In this document: positions 34,989 to 45,788 of the stretch, piece after piece
Layout: every line of letters starts with the position of its first letter
How positions within the stretch are numbered: position 1 is the first letter of the stretch
NCBI GenBank assembly: GCA_050946775.1
Contig: JBMNVL010000001.1
Coordinates: 3,229-67,228, forward strand
Origin: Acutalibacteraceae bacterium
GTDB taxonomy: Bacteria; Bacillota; Clostridia; Oscillospirales; Acutalibacteraceae
Length of the DNA stretch: 64,000 nucleotides
Direction: 5' to 3'
Position numbers and translations under genes: made by a program
The notes under the pieces: generated by a model
The model's database searches: none
What the model was told of the DNA's origin: nothing
What the model saw: the letters and a program-made list of their open reading frames with translations, nothing else

Positions 34989-36406
34989 GATTTGAGTACT
35001 TCCTTGTACATCCGGATGTACTCGTTTGCCGAACGGGCCCAGCTGAAATCGCATCGCATCGCCCGCTCCACCAGCACCGGCCAGCCGGTCTTGCCGGCGT
35101 AAACGTCCAGCGCCCGGTGGATGGCGTAGAGCATATCGTTGGCGTTGTAGGTCTGGAAGGTGAAGCCGTTGCCCACGCCGTCGCCGCAGTCGCGGATGCT
35201 GTCCTTGAGTCCGCCGGTCTGCCGCACGACGGGCAGGGTGCCGTACCGGCAGGCCACCATCTGCGCCAGACCGCAGGGCTCGCTCTTGGAGGGCATCAGG
35301 AAGATATCGGCGCCGGCGTAGATCTTGCGGGCCAGCTCCGGCACGAAGCCGCTGCAGAAGCAGAACTTGTCCCGGTATTTCTCCTGCATCTCCCGGAAAA
35401 AGCTTTCGTACTGCCAGTCGCCCGAGCCCAGCACCACCATCTGCACCTTGTCCTGCAGCAGCTCGTCGAGGATGTATTTGACCAGATCCAGTCCCTTGGG
35501 CGGCACCAGCCGGGTGACCATGCCGATCAGCGGAACGTCGGGGCTGACGGTCAGTCCCAGCCGTTCCTGCAGCGCCTTTTTGCACGCCGCCTTGCCCGAC
35601 GGATCGTCGGCGGAATAGTGGGCGGGAATATCCGGATCGGTCTCGGGGTTATAGGCGTCCACGTCGATGCCGTTGAGAATGCCGCTGACCTTCCAGCTGC
35701 GATCCCGCAGGATGCTGTCCAGACCGAAGGCGTACCACGGATCCATGATCTCCTGCGCGTAGGTGGGACTGACGGTGGTCACCTTGTGCGCCGCTTCGAT
35801 GCCGCCCTTCATCAGGTTGATATCGCCGCCGTGCTCCAGCAGGCTCTTGTCCCGGTCGTCGATGCCGAAAACGTCCCCCAGAATCTCCATCCCGTACCGC
35901 CCCTGGTACTGGATGTTGTGGATGGTGTAGACGGTCTTGATATGCTGATAGTCCTTCCGGTTGGCGTAGAACAGGTGGTGATACACCGGCACCAGCGCCG
36001 CCTGCCAGTCGTTGGCGTGGATGATGTCGGGATAAAAGTCGATCGCCGGCAGCATCTCCAGTACCGCCCGGGCGAAAAAGGCGAACCGTTCGGCGTCGTC
36101 GTAATGCCCGTACAGGCCGGGACGTTTGAAATAGTACTGATTGTCCAGCAGATAATAGATCACGCCGTTTCGGCGGGCTTCAAACACGCCGCAGTACTGC
36201 CGCCGCCAGGAAACCGGCACCGACAGGCTGGTCAGAAAGGTCATCTGCTCCCGCAGCTCCTGCGGAACCGATTCATACAGCGGCAGCACCACCCGGCAGC
36301 CGACCAGCCGCCGGCGCAGCGCCTGGGGCAAGCTGCCCGCCACGTCCGCCAGTCCGCCCGACGCCGCGAAGGGCGCCGCTTCACTGGCAACATACAAAAC
36401 TTTCAT
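34985..36406 (-). CDS. glgA: Glycogen synthase (ADP-glucose type)
   Basis: MKVLYVASEAAPFAASGGLADVAGSLP... The length (473 aa) is canonical. Confidence 0.95.
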   Translation of the reverse strand: MKVLYVASEAAPFAASGGLADVAGSLPQALRRRLVGCRVVLPLYESVPQELREQMTFLTSLSVPVSWRRQYCGVFEARRNGVIYYLLDNQYYFKRPGLYGHYDDAERFAFFARAVLEMLPAIDFYPDIIHANDWQAALVPVYHHLFYANRKDYQHIKTVYTIHNIQYQGRYGMEILGDVFGIDDRDKSLLEHGGDINLMKGGIEAAHKVTTVSPTYAQEIMDPWYAFGLDSILRDRSWKVSGILNGIDVDAYNPETDPDIPAHYSADDPSGKAACKKALQERLGLTVSPDVPLIGMVTRLVPPKGLDLVKYILDELLQDKVQMVVLGSGDWQYESFFREMQEKYRDKFCFCSGFVPELARKIYAGADIFLMPSKSEPCGLAQMVACRYGTLPVVRQTGGLKDSIRDCGDGVGNGFTFQTYNANDMLYAIHRALDVYAGKTGWPVLVERAMRCDFSWARSANEYIRMYKEVLKS

Positions 36407-36431
36407 GGTAAAACCTCCTTGGCAGCCGCCG

Positions 36432-37544
36432 TTACACCACGGCGCCTTTGGCGACGAACATGGGATAATCCGCCGCGCCCTGCAAAACGACGCCGTCCTT
36501 GATGGTGACGTTTTTGTCCAAAACGGCGCCCCGCAGCACCGCGCCGGCGCCGATATGGGCGCCCTGCATCACGATGCAGTTCTCCACCACCGCGCCTTTT
36601 TCGATCACCACGTTGCGGAAAACGATGGACCGGCGCACCGTCCCCTCGATCCGGGCGCCGTCGGCGACCAGCGAATCGGCCGCGTCGGCGTGCAGACCGT
36701 ATTTGGCCGGCGCGCAGTCCCGCACCTTGGTGTAGACCGGACGTCCGGCCGGGAAAAGGGCGGCGCGGATGTCGGCGTTCAAAAAGTCCATGTTGACGGC
36801 GAAGTAGCGCGCCAGCGAACAGACCGGCTCGACGTATTCGGTGATGGCGATGCCGTGAATGGGCATGGTGTCGACCTGCTTTTGCAGGATGTCCCGCTCA
36901 AAATCCAACCGGTTGTGCCCCGCGGCGTCGGCCACCAGCTGGCACAGCCGGTCGCGGCGCAGGATCACGATCCCCAGCCCGTAACAGCCGTCGGCCGGCT
37001 CGCCGCCGGTCACCCGCAGATCGGTCACCCGGCCGGACGGGTCCATCGTCAGGGCCAGCGTTCCCGGCAGCGCCGGGAAGGGTCCCCGTTTGTAAGCCAG
37101 CGAGATCTCGGCGCGGGATTCCAGATGCTCGTCGATCAGCCGGTCGTAGTCGATGTTGCCCAGCAGATGGCAGTCGCTGAGGATGACGTATTCCTCCTGC
37201 GCGTGGCGCAAAAAGCTGTCGATCTCGCTGAGCACCGCGATCCGCCCGTCGTACGCCTCCTTCCGGGGATCGGAGGAGGGCAGGAAGGTCAGCCCGGCGT
37301 GCTTGCGGGACAAATCCCACGCCTTGCCCGAGCCGATGTGGTCGAACAGCGATTGATAGTGGCTTTTGGTGACGATCCCCACCCGGCTGACGCCGGCGTT
37401 GACCAGCCCCGACAGGGTGAAGTCGATCAGCCGGTACCGCCCGCCGACCGGAAGGGATCCCATTGCCCGCACGGCGGTCATATCCCGCAGCGCCTCGTCG
37501 TGCCGGTTGGCGAAGATCAGCGCCAATACGTTGTTGTTACGCAT
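36432..37544 (-). CDS. glgD: Glucose-1-phosphate adenylyltransferase, GlgD (regulatory) subunit
   Basis: 370 aa. ..[36 protein letters not shown].. Sits between glgC and glgA, as in Firmicutes. Confidence 0.9.
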   Translation of the reverse strand: MRNNNVLALIFANRHDEALRDMTAVRAMGSLPVGGRYRLIDFTLSGLVNAGVSRVGIVTKSHYQSLFDHIGSGKAWDLSRKHAGLTFLPSSDPRKEAYDGRIAVLSEIDSFLRHAQEEYVILSDCHLLGNIDYDRLIDEHLESRAEISLAYKRGPFPALPGTLALTMDPSGRVTDLRVTGGEPADGCYGLGIVILRRDRLCQLVADAAGHNRLDFERDILQKQVDTMPIHGIAITEYVEPVCSLARYFAVNMDFLNADIRAALFPAGRPVYTKVRDCAPAKYGLHADAADSLVADGARIEGTVRRSIVFRNVVIEKGAVVENCIVMQGAHIGAGAVLRGAVLDKNVTIKDGVVLQGAADYPMFVAKGAVV

Positions 37545-38754
37545 CCTTTTCGCCTCCCTTTACGTCGTGCTCGACCATGGCCTTGGGCGGTACCGCGGCG
37601 CCGGCGCCGACGGTCACGCCCGCGGCGACCACCGCCACGCCCCAGTCCTCCGTATGCTCCTCCGGCCGGGCGCCGACGACGGCGTTTTCCTCCACCGTCA
37701 CGTTCTCCGCCAAAATGGCGTACTGCACCGTGGCGCCGGCTTTGACGACGGCACCGGGCATCAGGATGGAATCGCGCACCGTGGCGCCCTTTTCCACCGT
37801 CACGCCCGAGAAGATCACCGAAAAGTCGACCTCGCCGCGGATGTCGCTGCCTTCGGAGATCAGGGCGTTTTCCACCTTGGCCTCCGGGCCGATGTAGTGG
37901 GGCGGATGGCCCTCGGTGCGGGAGTAGATCCGCCAGGTGGGATCGGCCAGATCCAGCGAGGTCTGCGGCGCCAGCATATCCATATTGGCTTCCCACAGAC
38001 TGTCGATGGTGCCCACGTCCTTCCAGTAGCCGTCGAAGCGGTAGGCGAACATCCGCTGGCCGTCGCCCAGCATGGCCGGCAGGACGTTCTTGCCGAAATC
38101 GTTTTGGGACGCGGGATCGTTTTCGTCCAGGGTGAGATAGTGCTTGAGTTTGTCCCAGGTGAAAACGTAGATGCCCATCGAGGCGAGATTGCTCTTGGGA
38201 TGGGCGGGCTTTTCCTCAAATTCGTAGATGGAGTCGTCGGGGTTGGTGTTCATGATGCCGAACCGGCTGGCCTCCTCCATCTCCACCTCCAGCACGGCGA
38301 TGGTGCAGTCGGCCCGGTTGCGCTTGTGGGCGGCGATCATTTTGGAATAATCCATTTTGTAGATGTGGTCGCCCGACAGCACCAGCACGTATTCCGGCTG
38401 ATACCGCTCGATGAAATCCATGTTCTGGTAAATGGCGTTGGCGGTGCCCTTGTACCAGTCGGCGCCCTGGTTGCGCTGATAGGGCGGCAGCACGTGTACC
38501 CCGGCGCCCAGCCGGTCGAGATCCCACGGCTCGCCGGCGCCGATGTAATCGTTGAGCTCCAACGGCTGGTACTGGGTCAGCACCCCCACCGTTTCGATGC
38601 CGGAATTGACGCAGTTGGACAGGGGAAAGTCAATGATCCGGTATTTGCCGCCGTAAGGAACGGCGGGCTTGGCGATCTTGCGGGTCAGCGCGTAGAGCCG
38701 GCTTCCCTGACCGCCGGCCAGCAGCATGGCCACGCACTCCTGTTTGCGATACAT
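37537..38754 (-). CDS. glgC: Glucose-1-phosphate adenylyltransferase
   Basis: ..[40 protein letters not shown].. 405 aa. Confidence 0.95.
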   Translation of the reverse strand: MYRKQECVAMLLAGGQGSRLYALTRKIAKPAVPYGGKYRIIDFPLSNCVNSGIETVGVLTQYQPLELNDYIGAGEPWDLDRLGAGVHVLPPYQRNQGADWYKGTANAIYQNMDFIERYQPEYVLVLSGDHIYKMDYSKMIAAHKRNRADCTIAVLEVEMEEASRFGIMNTNPDDSIYEFEEKPAHPKSNLASMGIYVFTWDKLKHYLTLDENDPASQNDFGKNVLPAMLGDGQRMFAYRFDGYWKDVGTIDSLWEANMDMLAPQTSLDLADPTWRIYSRTEGHPPHYIGPEAKVENALISEGSDIRGEVDFSVIFSGVTVEKGATVRDSILMPGAVVKAGATVQYAILAENVTVEENAVVGARPEEHTEDWGVAVVAAGVTVGAGAAVPPKAMVEHDVKGGEKDA

Positions 38755-38849
38755 CTCATCACTCCTTGCGTTTGTACGCCCGGTACGCCATAGGGTATTG
38801 GCCCGGCGGGCGGCGCCGGGACGCCTCTTTCGCGGTCGATTCTCCTTTT

Positions 38850-38877
38850 ATTGTACCATCCATAGCGCAAAAATCAA
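38850..38877 (-). promoter_or_regulatory. Promoter of the glgCDA operon
   Basis: Minus strand: TTGATT-16 nt-TACAAT, about 95 nt upstream of glgC. Confidence 0.5.
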
Positions 38878-39017
38878 GTATTTTTTTGCTTTTTTAATAA
38901 GAATTGCGCGACAAGATGACTTCAATTTGTTTGATTGCACAAAAAACGCCGGGCTGTCCTGTCTAATCTATCCTAACGCGCCGGCGGGGAGAAAAATGCC
39001 GAAACAGCGGATGCGTC

Positions 39018-39046
39018 TTGCTTTTTTGATAGGGTGCGGGTATAAT
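39018..39046 (+). promoter_or_regulatory. Promoter of the membrane-protein gene
   Basis: TTGCTT-17 nt-TATAAT. Confidence 0.5.
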
Positions 39047-39079
39047 ACGGATAGTATCACGCAAAAAGGAGCGACGGCC

Positions 39080-39796
39080 ATGGCTTTTGGCGTTTCCCGT
39101 CTGTCGGACGACGAGCTTTTTCGCAAGGTGTTGTTGATCTTCCCGCCGGCGCAGCTGGTGCTGGGGCTGATCCTGTACGCCGCCACTGCCGCCAACGGCG
39201 GGGTGTTGGTCGTGCTGTTTGTGTTGGCGGGGATCGGGTATCTGCTCGCCCGGCTGGGCTGGGAATCCCGCGGCGGCCGGATCGCCGGGCGGATTTTGTG
39301 GCTGGCGCCGCCGGCGCTCTTTTTGACGGCGGCCGGTATGGCGCTGGCGGCGTCGGACGCCGACTTCGGCCAGGGCTGGATGATGCTCGGGGTCAACGCG
39401 CTGGTCATGCTGCACACCCTGTCGCTGTTCTGGATCCCTTCGATGGCGGTTGCGGCGCTGAACGCCCGCCGGTGGGACGTCACGGCGCTGCGGATCGCCT
39501 GTCTTCTTCAGCTCGCGCTGGGAATCGTGATGGACTTTCCGCTTGCCGGACAGATCCAGTGGGGCGTGGACAACGTGTATTTCCGCTTGTTCTGTCTGGC
39601 CTGCGCGGCGGCGGTCACGGTGACGGCGTTTTTGATCCCGCCGGCACCGGCGGCGCTGTCCCGCCGGGTGAAAAAAAGCGAAAAAACCGTCCCGACGAAA
39701 GCCGGGACGATCCGAAATCCTGATTATTTCACGGCGTTTACCGCCTCGTCGGCCTGCCGGGCCATCCGGTCCAGCGCGGCGGCGAAATACGGATAG
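39080..39796 (+). CDS. Hypothetical polytopic membrane protein
   Basis: 238 aa from ATG 39080 (RBS AAAGGAG) within track ORF 38726..39796, with about 6 hydrophobic helices. Its 3' end overlaps the convergent XRE gene by about 70 nt, so the true stop or frame near the end is uncertain. Confidence 0.5.
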   Translation: MAFGVSRLSDDELFRKVLLIFPPAQLVLGLILYAATAANGGVLVVLFVLAGIGYLLARLGWESRGGRIAGRILWLAPPALFLTAAGMALAASDADFGQGWMMLGVNALVMLHTLSLFWIPSMAVAALNARRWDVTALRIACLLQLALGIVMDFPLAGQIQWGVDNVYFRLFCLACAAAVTVTAFLIPPAPAALSRRVKKSEKTVPTKAGTIRNPDYFTAFTASSACRAIRSSAAAKYG

Positions 39797-40311
39797 CTGC
39801 GGCGCAGATCCTCGGCGGAAACCGCCGGGGCGGCGGATCCGGTCATCGAGCTGATCCGGGCGCTTGCCCGGGCGATGGCCGCCAGCGACGCGGCGGCCTG
39901 GGCCGCGTCGGCCTTGCTGACGATCTGGCGCAGCAGGGTGATCACCTGCACCGACAGGGCGTTGGTGACCTCGTCGGTCAACTCCTCCCGCCCGGTGGCG
40001 TTCAGCGCGGCGTAAAGCAGATGCACCGCCTGCAGCACCTGCCGCTGGCGCTCGTCGGTGGGATCGCCGTTGGCGGACGCCAGCTCAGGCGCCATGCCCG
40101 AGCGGTCGGCGGTGCGCCCCAAAAGATAGTCGCAGGTGACGTGGTAGTAGTCCGCCGCCCGTACCACGAAGGACAACCCGCATTCCCGCACCCCTTTTTC
40201 ATAGTGGGAAAGCAGCGCGGGCGATACCCCCAGATCGGCCGCCGCCTGTTTTTGGGTCAGCCGCCGCTCCTTGCGCAGGCTGAGCAGGATATGGGAAAAA
40301 CGCGAGGTCAT
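39724..40311 (-). CDS. XRE-family HTH regulator with a helical C-terminal domain
   Basis: ..LRKERRLTQKQAAADLGVSPALLSHYEKGVRECGLSFVVRAADYYHVTCDYLLGRT.. ATG 40311 is preferred (SD GGTGAT) over GTG 40320. Confidence 0.78.
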   Translation of the reverse strand: MTSRFSHILLSLRKERRLTQKQAAADLGVSPALLSHYEKGVRECGLSFVVRAADYYHVTCDYLLGRTADRSGMAPELASANGDPTDERQRQVLQAVHLLYAALNATGREELTDEVTNALSVQVITLLRQIVSKADAAQAAASLAAIARASARISSMTGSAAPAVSAEDLRRSYPYFAAALDRMARQADEAVNAVK

Positions 40312-40414
40312 ACCGATCACCGGACTTTCTGAAAAATATACAATGGGTTTATATTTTAATGAAAATCCGGCGATTTGTAAAGAGACAAACCGTAGAAATT
40401 TACGAGGTGTTTTT

Positions 40415-41047
40415 ATGCAGAGTTACAAAATTCATCTGATACGGCATGGCGAGACCCAGGCCAACGCCGAGGGGCGGTACGTCGGGCGGACCGACGAGCC
40501 GTTGTCCCCGCGGGGATTGACCCGGCTGCTGCAGATGAAGGAGCGGTACGGTTATCCCGGCGCCGGACGGTTTTATTCCAGTCCTCTGACCCGCTGCCGC
40601 CAGACTTTGCAGGTGCTGTATCCCGGCTGCCAGCCCAAGGTGGTGCCGGGACTGGCGGAATGCGATTTCGGCGAGTGGGAGGGCAAAAGCGTCATCTCGC
40701 TCAAGCAGGATCCCCGGTTCGGCCGGTGGCTGAGCGGGGAGGAGGACGTTATCCCCGGCGGCGAAAGCGGGCAGGAATTTCAGCAGCGGGTCAGCGCCGC
40801 GTTTGAGGCGGTGGTGGACGAGATGTTCCACACCGGCACCACCGAAGCGGTGATCTGCACCCACGGCGGCGTGATCATGATGCTGATGGCGGCTTACGCC
40901 CTGCCGCGGGCGCCGATGCACGAATGGGCGGCGGAAAACGGCGGCGGCTTCACCCTGCGGATCACCCCGACTCTCTGGCTGCGGGAGCCGGTGGCCGAGG
41001 CGATCGAGACCCTGCCGCTGATCCGATCCGATCAAAAGGAGGGCTGA
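40415..41047 (+). CDS. Histidine phosphatase family protein (phosphoglycerate-mutase-like)
   Basis: 210 aa from ATG 40415. ..IHLIRHGETQANAEGRYVGRTD.. is the RHG catalytic motif. Confidence 0.85.
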   Translation: MQSYKIHLIRHGETQANAEGRYVGRTDEPLSPRGLTRLLQMKERYGYPGAGRFYSSPLTRCRQTLQVLYPGCQPKVVPGLAECDFGEWEGKSVISLKQDPRFGRWLSGEEDVIPGGESGQEFQQRVSAAFEAVVDEMFHTGTTEAVICTHGGVIMMLMAAYALPRAPMHEWAAENGGGFTLRITPTLWLREPVAEAIETLPLIRSDQKEG

Positions 41048-41049
41048 CC

Positions 41050-41982
41050 GTGTTTGACCGTTTCAAGAAAAAGCCCCTGCCGCCGGGGGTGCGGGTGATT
41101 CGCCAAGCCCCGCCGGACGTTTGCGGCGGCACCGACGCCACGGTGGACGACAACGCCCCCAAGACGATCGACAGCGAGGATATGACCGCCTTTTGCGCCG
41201 ATTCGCGGCTGCCCTTTTCGATGGACGAGCAGCCGGCCGGCGATCCGCTGGAATACCTGTCGGCCTTTGCCGCCCCGGCGGCGGACGGGGTGTTTTTGTT
41301 TTTGGAAACCGCCCGTGCCTCCGACCGGCGCAGCGGAAAAGCCGGCTGGGCGCTGGTGAAGCAGCCGCTGATGCCCGCTCTGGCCCGCCGGGTGCGGGAA
41401 TGGGATCTGGCCAAAAATAACGGCTGCCATTCCCAGACCCACGGCCTGCCCGAAAACTTCGGCGGCCGGGTGGATATCCGCTACGCCGGGGGTGAAACGA
41501 TCCGTTTTTCGAACAATCAGACCCCGATCCTCTCCCGCCGGGTCGGCGAGGAGATGGCCGCCTTTTTCGAGGAGGCGATGGCCGGCGAGTGGGTGGCGCT
41601 GCCCTCGCTCGATTCCCTGCGGGAGATCCGCTTTTCTGAAGAGAGCCGGGACGGCGGCTTTACCCGGGCGACCATGACCCTGCTGCCCGACGGCACCGCC
41701 GTCAACCGCAAACAGATGAAATTCGACGATCCGCAGATCTACGACAGCGAAAAACCGATGGACGCCGATACCGTGGCGGCCATCAAGCAAACCGTCGAAA
41801 CCAACGGCATCCTCGGCTGGGCGGGTCTGCCCCACAATGGCTTTCGGTTGAGCGGGGAAAAGCGGCTGACCTTCGTGTTTGACGACGGGCGGCAGATCAC
41901 CGTCGAAGGCGACCGTTTGCTCCCCGATCCCATCCGGGGCGGGTTTTTCAGCGTCGAGCTGGAAATGACCACCAAGGGCTGA
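41050..41982 (+). CDS. Hypothetical protein
   Basis: 310 aa from GTG 41050 (RBS AAAGGAGG) within track ORF 40924..41982. Co-oriented and nearly contiguous with the phosphatase gene. Confidence 0.5.
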   Translation: MFDRFKKKPLPPGVRVIRQAPPDVCGGTDATVDDNAPKTIDSEDMTAFCADSRLPFSMDEQPAGDPLEYLSAFAAPAADGVFLFLETARASDRRSGKAGWALVKQPLMPALARRVREWDLAKNNGCHSQTHGLPENFGGRVDIRYAGGETIRFSNNQTPILSRRVGEEMAAFFEEAMAGEWVALPSLDSLREIRFSEESRDGGFTRATMTLLPDGTAVNRKQMKFDDPQIYDSEKPMDADTVAAIKQTVETNGILGWAGLPHNGFRLSGEKRLTFVFDDGRQITVEGDRLLPDPIRGGFFSVELEMTTKG

Positions 41983-42003
41983 CCCGCGATAAGGACACAG
42001 AGT

Positions 42004-42546
42004 CTATACGGTTGTCTCGGGATTCCCGTTGGCTTTGGCCAGATAGCGCTGAATGGTGTTCACCATCTTTTCGTTTTGGAAGTTCGCCTTTATTTCGTCC
42101 ATATCCACGGTACGCCCGGAAAGGATCCCCTGGATGAGCACCTCCGCGTACATGACCTCCCGGGTCGCCGGCTCCTTTAGATAGGTCAACAGGTCGATAT
42201 TCATTTTTTCGTTGATCCCCTCGATCATGCCCACGAAAAAAGAACAGTCTTCGCCGAAAAGCTTTCCTATGCTTTCTATATACTGAAAGCCGGTTGCAAC
42301 GTCCTCCAGCCTCATAAGCCGGCGCTCGAGCGTCGCGTAACTTCCTCCGTTGAGCAGCTTATCTGCCGTGGTATTCAGTATATCGCACAGATCGAGAAGA
42401 ATACCGGTATCGGGAAGCGTGTCCCCGTTTTCCCATTTTGAGACGGCCTGAAAAGACATATTCAGCTTCTCCGCCAGTTCTTTCTGCGTCATGCCGGCAG
42501 CCTTCCGCAAATGCTGGATATACCGTCCGATTTTCAAAGTGTCCAT
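42004..42546 (-). CDS. XRE-family HTH regulator with a C-terminal sensor-like domain
   Basis: ..IQHLRKAAGMTQKELAEKLNMSFQAVSKWENGDTLPDTGILLDLCDIL.. GC is lower than in the neighbours. Confidence 0.78.
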   Translation of the reverse strand: MDTLKIGRYIQHLRKAAGMTQKELAEKLNMSFQAVSKWENGDTLPDTGILLDLCDILNTTADKLLNGGSYATLERRLMRLEDVATGFQYIESIGKLFGEDCSFFVGMIEGINEKMNIDLLTYLKEPATREVMYAEVLIQGILSGRTVDMDEIKANFQNEKMVNTIQRYLAKANGNPETTV

Positions 42547-42760
42547 ACTATGCTCCTTTGTTGTTTCTTATTTTTGCGATTCTTGCGGCCCGCGATTCCA
42601 TGATACGGTAAGAGCAGCCGTTTGTAAATAACGGGAAAATTGAGAAAATTCTACTTCCGGTGGAATAAGCCTTCCGGGCATATCCCGACGTTTTTGGATG
42701 TTTTTGGACGGACTCAAAGTCAAAGCCGCCTCGCGCGAACGCGAGGCGGCTTTTTGGCGT

Positions 42761-45700
42761 TTATTTTTGCACCCGCAGGGTCATTTGCCCGGCAAAGGTG
42801 AATTCCGGCGCGTCCAGCCGGTATTGAGGCAGCAGCTCGGGACCGCAGCTTTGAGAGCCGACGCCGCTTTGCATGGCGTCGACGCACAGCACGGTGTCGC
42901 CGCAGGGCTGCAGTTCAAAATTGTGCCGCTTGCCGGCCAGCTCCTCCTGGGTGAAGGGAGAGGCGTTGAAGGAGAGATCCCGGTCGGTCGCCTCCACCGC
43001 CACCGTCCAGCCGCCGCCCGACAGGGTGACGTCGGTGCAGCCGAAGTGGCTGCCGTTTTCCTGGGGACGGATGTAGTCCTCGTGCAGATCCATCAGCGAT
43101 CCCTCAAACTTGCCGAACCAGCAGGCGCGGTGCTTGTCGATATAGCTTTCGGTCGGGCCGTAGCCGGTATAGGCGACCTGGCGGATGGTGCTCGGCAAAA
43201 ACAGCCGCAGCCCGAACCGGGGCAGCCAGGGCATCGACGGGCGGCGTTTGACCGTCATCTGCCAGCCGATCGTGCCCTTGCCGTCCACCGTCCAGACGGC
43301 GCGGATGTCCAGCATCCGCTGCCGGGCGTCGGCCGATACCGCCAGATCGGTGGTGATGAACACCTTTTCGCCGTCGCTGTACACCTCGGTGGCGTATCCG
43401 CGGGAAACGGTGCGGTCGTAACCGGCGGCGTAGTATTGGCCGACGATCTGGCGCTCGTTGTCGATGGGGGCGCGGAACAGATTGTACTGCATCGGGCGGC
43501 GCAGCAGCGGCACGCCGTCGACCGTCAGCTCGTCAAACACGCCGGTGTCCTTGTCGTAGACGTAGCGGAATCGCTCGCCGCAGACCACGATCTGCCGGTC
43601 GTCGGGCAGATACCGCGGCGCGCGCTCGCCGGTCGGCTCGGCCGGCTTGCGGGGATGACGGGCCAGCTCGATCTGATCGAAGCCCACCGATTCGCCCGCC
43701 CGTGCCCAGGGCGTTTCCTTCAGGGCGATATAGTCCACCTTGATGTGCACCCGGCCGTGATCGGGCAGGGTGTAAGGGATGCGCAGGCTCGCCTTTCGGC
43801 GGGCCGGCAGCGGCGGGCAGGGCAGATCGCCCTCGGCGACCGGCTCGCCGTCCACCGTCAGGGTGTAGTGCAAAGAGATCCGCTCGCTCAGCTCGGCAAA
43901 ATCCAGCTTGCTTTGCAGGGTGAAGCGCCCTGCGGCCGGATCGTCGCAGGTCAGCCGCGCCGGGCGGAAGACGTTTTTCAGCTCCTTAAGCCCGGTGTGC
44001 GGCACCCGGTTGGGATAACAAAGCCCGTCCATGCAGAAGTTGCCGTCGTGCAGCCGCTCGCCCGAGTCGCCGCCGTAGAGGTATTTGGTCTTGCTCAACC
44101 CGGTCTTCCCGGCAAACACCGCATGGTCGCACCATTCCCAGATAAAGCCGCCCACCGCGCCGGGGTAGGACTCGAAGACCTGCTCGTAATCCTCCAGATC
44201 GCCCGGGCCGTTGCCCATGGCGTGGCAGTATTCGCACAAAATAAAGGGCTTGCCCCAGGGGCGGCGTTTGAGATAGCTTTCCAGATCGCCGGTGGAGGTG
44301 TACATCCCGCTGTGCAGATCGAGATCCTCTTTGGTCAGGGATTTGCCGGTGGGCATATACGCCGACCCCTCGTAGTGGGTCAGCCGGGTGGGATCGGTCT
44401 GCTTGACCCACCGCTGGGCGGCGACGAAGTTTTCGCCGTAGCCCGCTTCGTTGCCCATCGACCAGATCAGCACGCAGGTGCGGCTGCGATCCCGCAGCAC
44501 CAGCCGCTGGATCCGGTCGAGGATCGCGCCGCCAAAGGCGGGATCGTCGGCGATCAACGGATAGTAGGATTCGCTGCCGTAAAGGGTGACCACCCCGTGG
44601 GCTTCGATATCCGCCTCGCACAGCACGTACAGCCCCAGCCGGTCGCACATATCCAGCAGCAGGGGCGAGGGCGGGTAGTGGCTGGTGCGCAGGGCGTTGA
44701 CGTTGTGCTGCTTCATCAGCAGCAGATCCGCCCGCATCTGCCCGGCGGTGACGGCGTAGCCGTTGAGCGGGTCGCTGTCGTGGCGGTTGACGCCCCGGAT
44801 GCGCAGCTTGCGCCCGTTGAGGCGCACCACCCCGTCCACCACGGCGATCTGCCGCAGACCCACCGCGAAGGGGATGATCTCCTTGCCGCACTGCAGCAGC
44901 AGGGTGTAGAGATAGGGCTCCTCGGCGTTCCACAGGATGGGATCCGGCACCTCCAGCCGCAGTCTGCCGCCTTGCGCCGTGCCGGCCGCGACCGGCTTGC
45001 CCTCGGCGTCGACCAGCTCGGCGTGGACCGGCTGAGCGGCGCCGTTAAATTGCAGTCCCACCTCCACCGCGGCGGCGGAAAAATCCTCCGACAGGGGCGT
45101 GGTGATCACCGCGTCGGTGAGGTGGTTCTCGTCCCGCAAAAGCAGGTAGACGTCCCGGAAAATGCCCGACATCCGGAATTTGTCCTGATCCTCCAGATAG
45201 CTGCCGTCGCACCATTTGAGCACCAGCACCGCCAGGGTGTTTTCCCCGGTCTTGACGTGGTCGGTGATATCGAACTCGTCGGGGGAATGGGCCACCTGGC
45301 TGTATCCGACGAAATGGCCGTTGACCCAGACGTAGTAGGCGCTGTCCACCCCTTCAAAGCAGAGATGCACCCGGCTTTCGGCCTGCATCCGGGTCAGCTT
45401 GAAGGGCCGCAGATACGCGCCGCAGGGGGTGTCGACCGGCACGTAGGGCGGGTCGTAGGGGAAGGGGTACTGGATGTTGGTGTACTGGTTTTGATCGTAG
45501 CCGTGCATCTGCCAGACCGACGGCACCGGCAGCGGCGCGAATCCGCCGTGGGGATAGGGCGGCTTAAAGAACGGGTCGTTCATCCGCCGCACGCTGTCGT
45601 AATAGCGAAACTGCCATTGCCCGTTCAGCGAAACGAACCGGTTGGACTGCTCCCGCGCTCCTCGCAGCGCCTCCTGCGTCCCGGGGTAGGGAATGAAATA

Positions 45701-45766
45701 GGCGTGGGGCGGCAAGGTGCCGACGTGCAGGGTGTTCAGATCCTCAAAATAATTCTCCACCAGCAT
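42761..45766 (-). CDS. lacZ: Beta-galactosidase (GH2, LacZ-type)
   Basis: 1001 aa from ATG 45766 (RBS AGGAGGGA). ..NAVRTSHYP-like (NALRTSHYPPSP), ..WSMGNEAGYG.., ..ILCEYCHAMGNGPG.. are catalytic blocks. The 5' part of the track ORF is read-through into intergenic DNA. Confidence 0.93.
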   Translation of the reverse strand: MLVENYFEDLNTLHVGTLPPHAYFIPYPGTQEALRGAREQSNRFVSLNGQWQFRYYDSVRRMNDPFFKPPYPHGGFAPLPVPSVWQMHGYDQNQYTNIQYPFPYDPPYVPVDTPCGAYLRPFKLTRMQAESRVHLCFEGVDSAYYVWVNGHFVGYSQVAHSPDEFDITDHVKTGENTLAVLVLKWCDGSYLEDQDKFRMSGIFRDVYLLLRDENHLTDAVITTPLSEDFSAAAVEVGLQFNGAAQPVHAELVDAEGKPVAAGTAQGGRLRLEVPDPILWNAEEPYLYTLLLQCGKEIIPFAVGLRQIAVVDGVVRLNGRKLRIRGVNRHDSDPLNGYAVTAGQMRADLLLMKQHNVNALRTSHYPPSPLLLDMCDRLGLYVLCEADIEAHGVVTLYGSESYYPLIADDPAFGGAILDRIQRLVLRDRSRTCVLIWSMGNEAGYGENFVAAQRWVKQTDPTRLTHYEGSAYMPTGKSLTKEDLDLHSGMYTSTGDLESYLKRRPWGKPFILCEYCHAMGNGPGDLEDYEQVFESYPGAVGGFIWEWCDHAVFAGKTGLSKTKYLYGGDSGERLHDGNFCMDGLCYPNRVPHTGLKELKNVFRPARLTCDDPAAGRFTLQSKLDFAELSERISLHYTLTVDGEPVAEGDLPCPPLPARRKASLRIPYTLPDHGRVHIKVDYIALKETPWARAGESVGFDQIELARHPRKPAEPTGERAPRYLPDDRQIVVCGERFRYVYDKDTGVFDELTVDGVPLLRRPMQYNLFRAPIDNERQIVGQYYAAGYDRTVSRGYATEVYSDGEKVFITTDLAVSADARQRMLDIRAVWTVDGKGTIGWQMTVKRRPSMPWLPRFGLRLFLPSTIRQVAYTGYGPTESYIDKHRACWFGKFEGSLMDLHEDYIRPQENGSHFGCTDVTLSGGGWTVAVEATDRDLSFNASPFTQEELAGKRHNFELQPCGDTVLCVDAMQSGVGSQSCGPELLPQYRLDAPEFTFAGQMTLRVQK

Positions 45767-45788
45767 AGCGATCCCTCCTGTGGGTGAT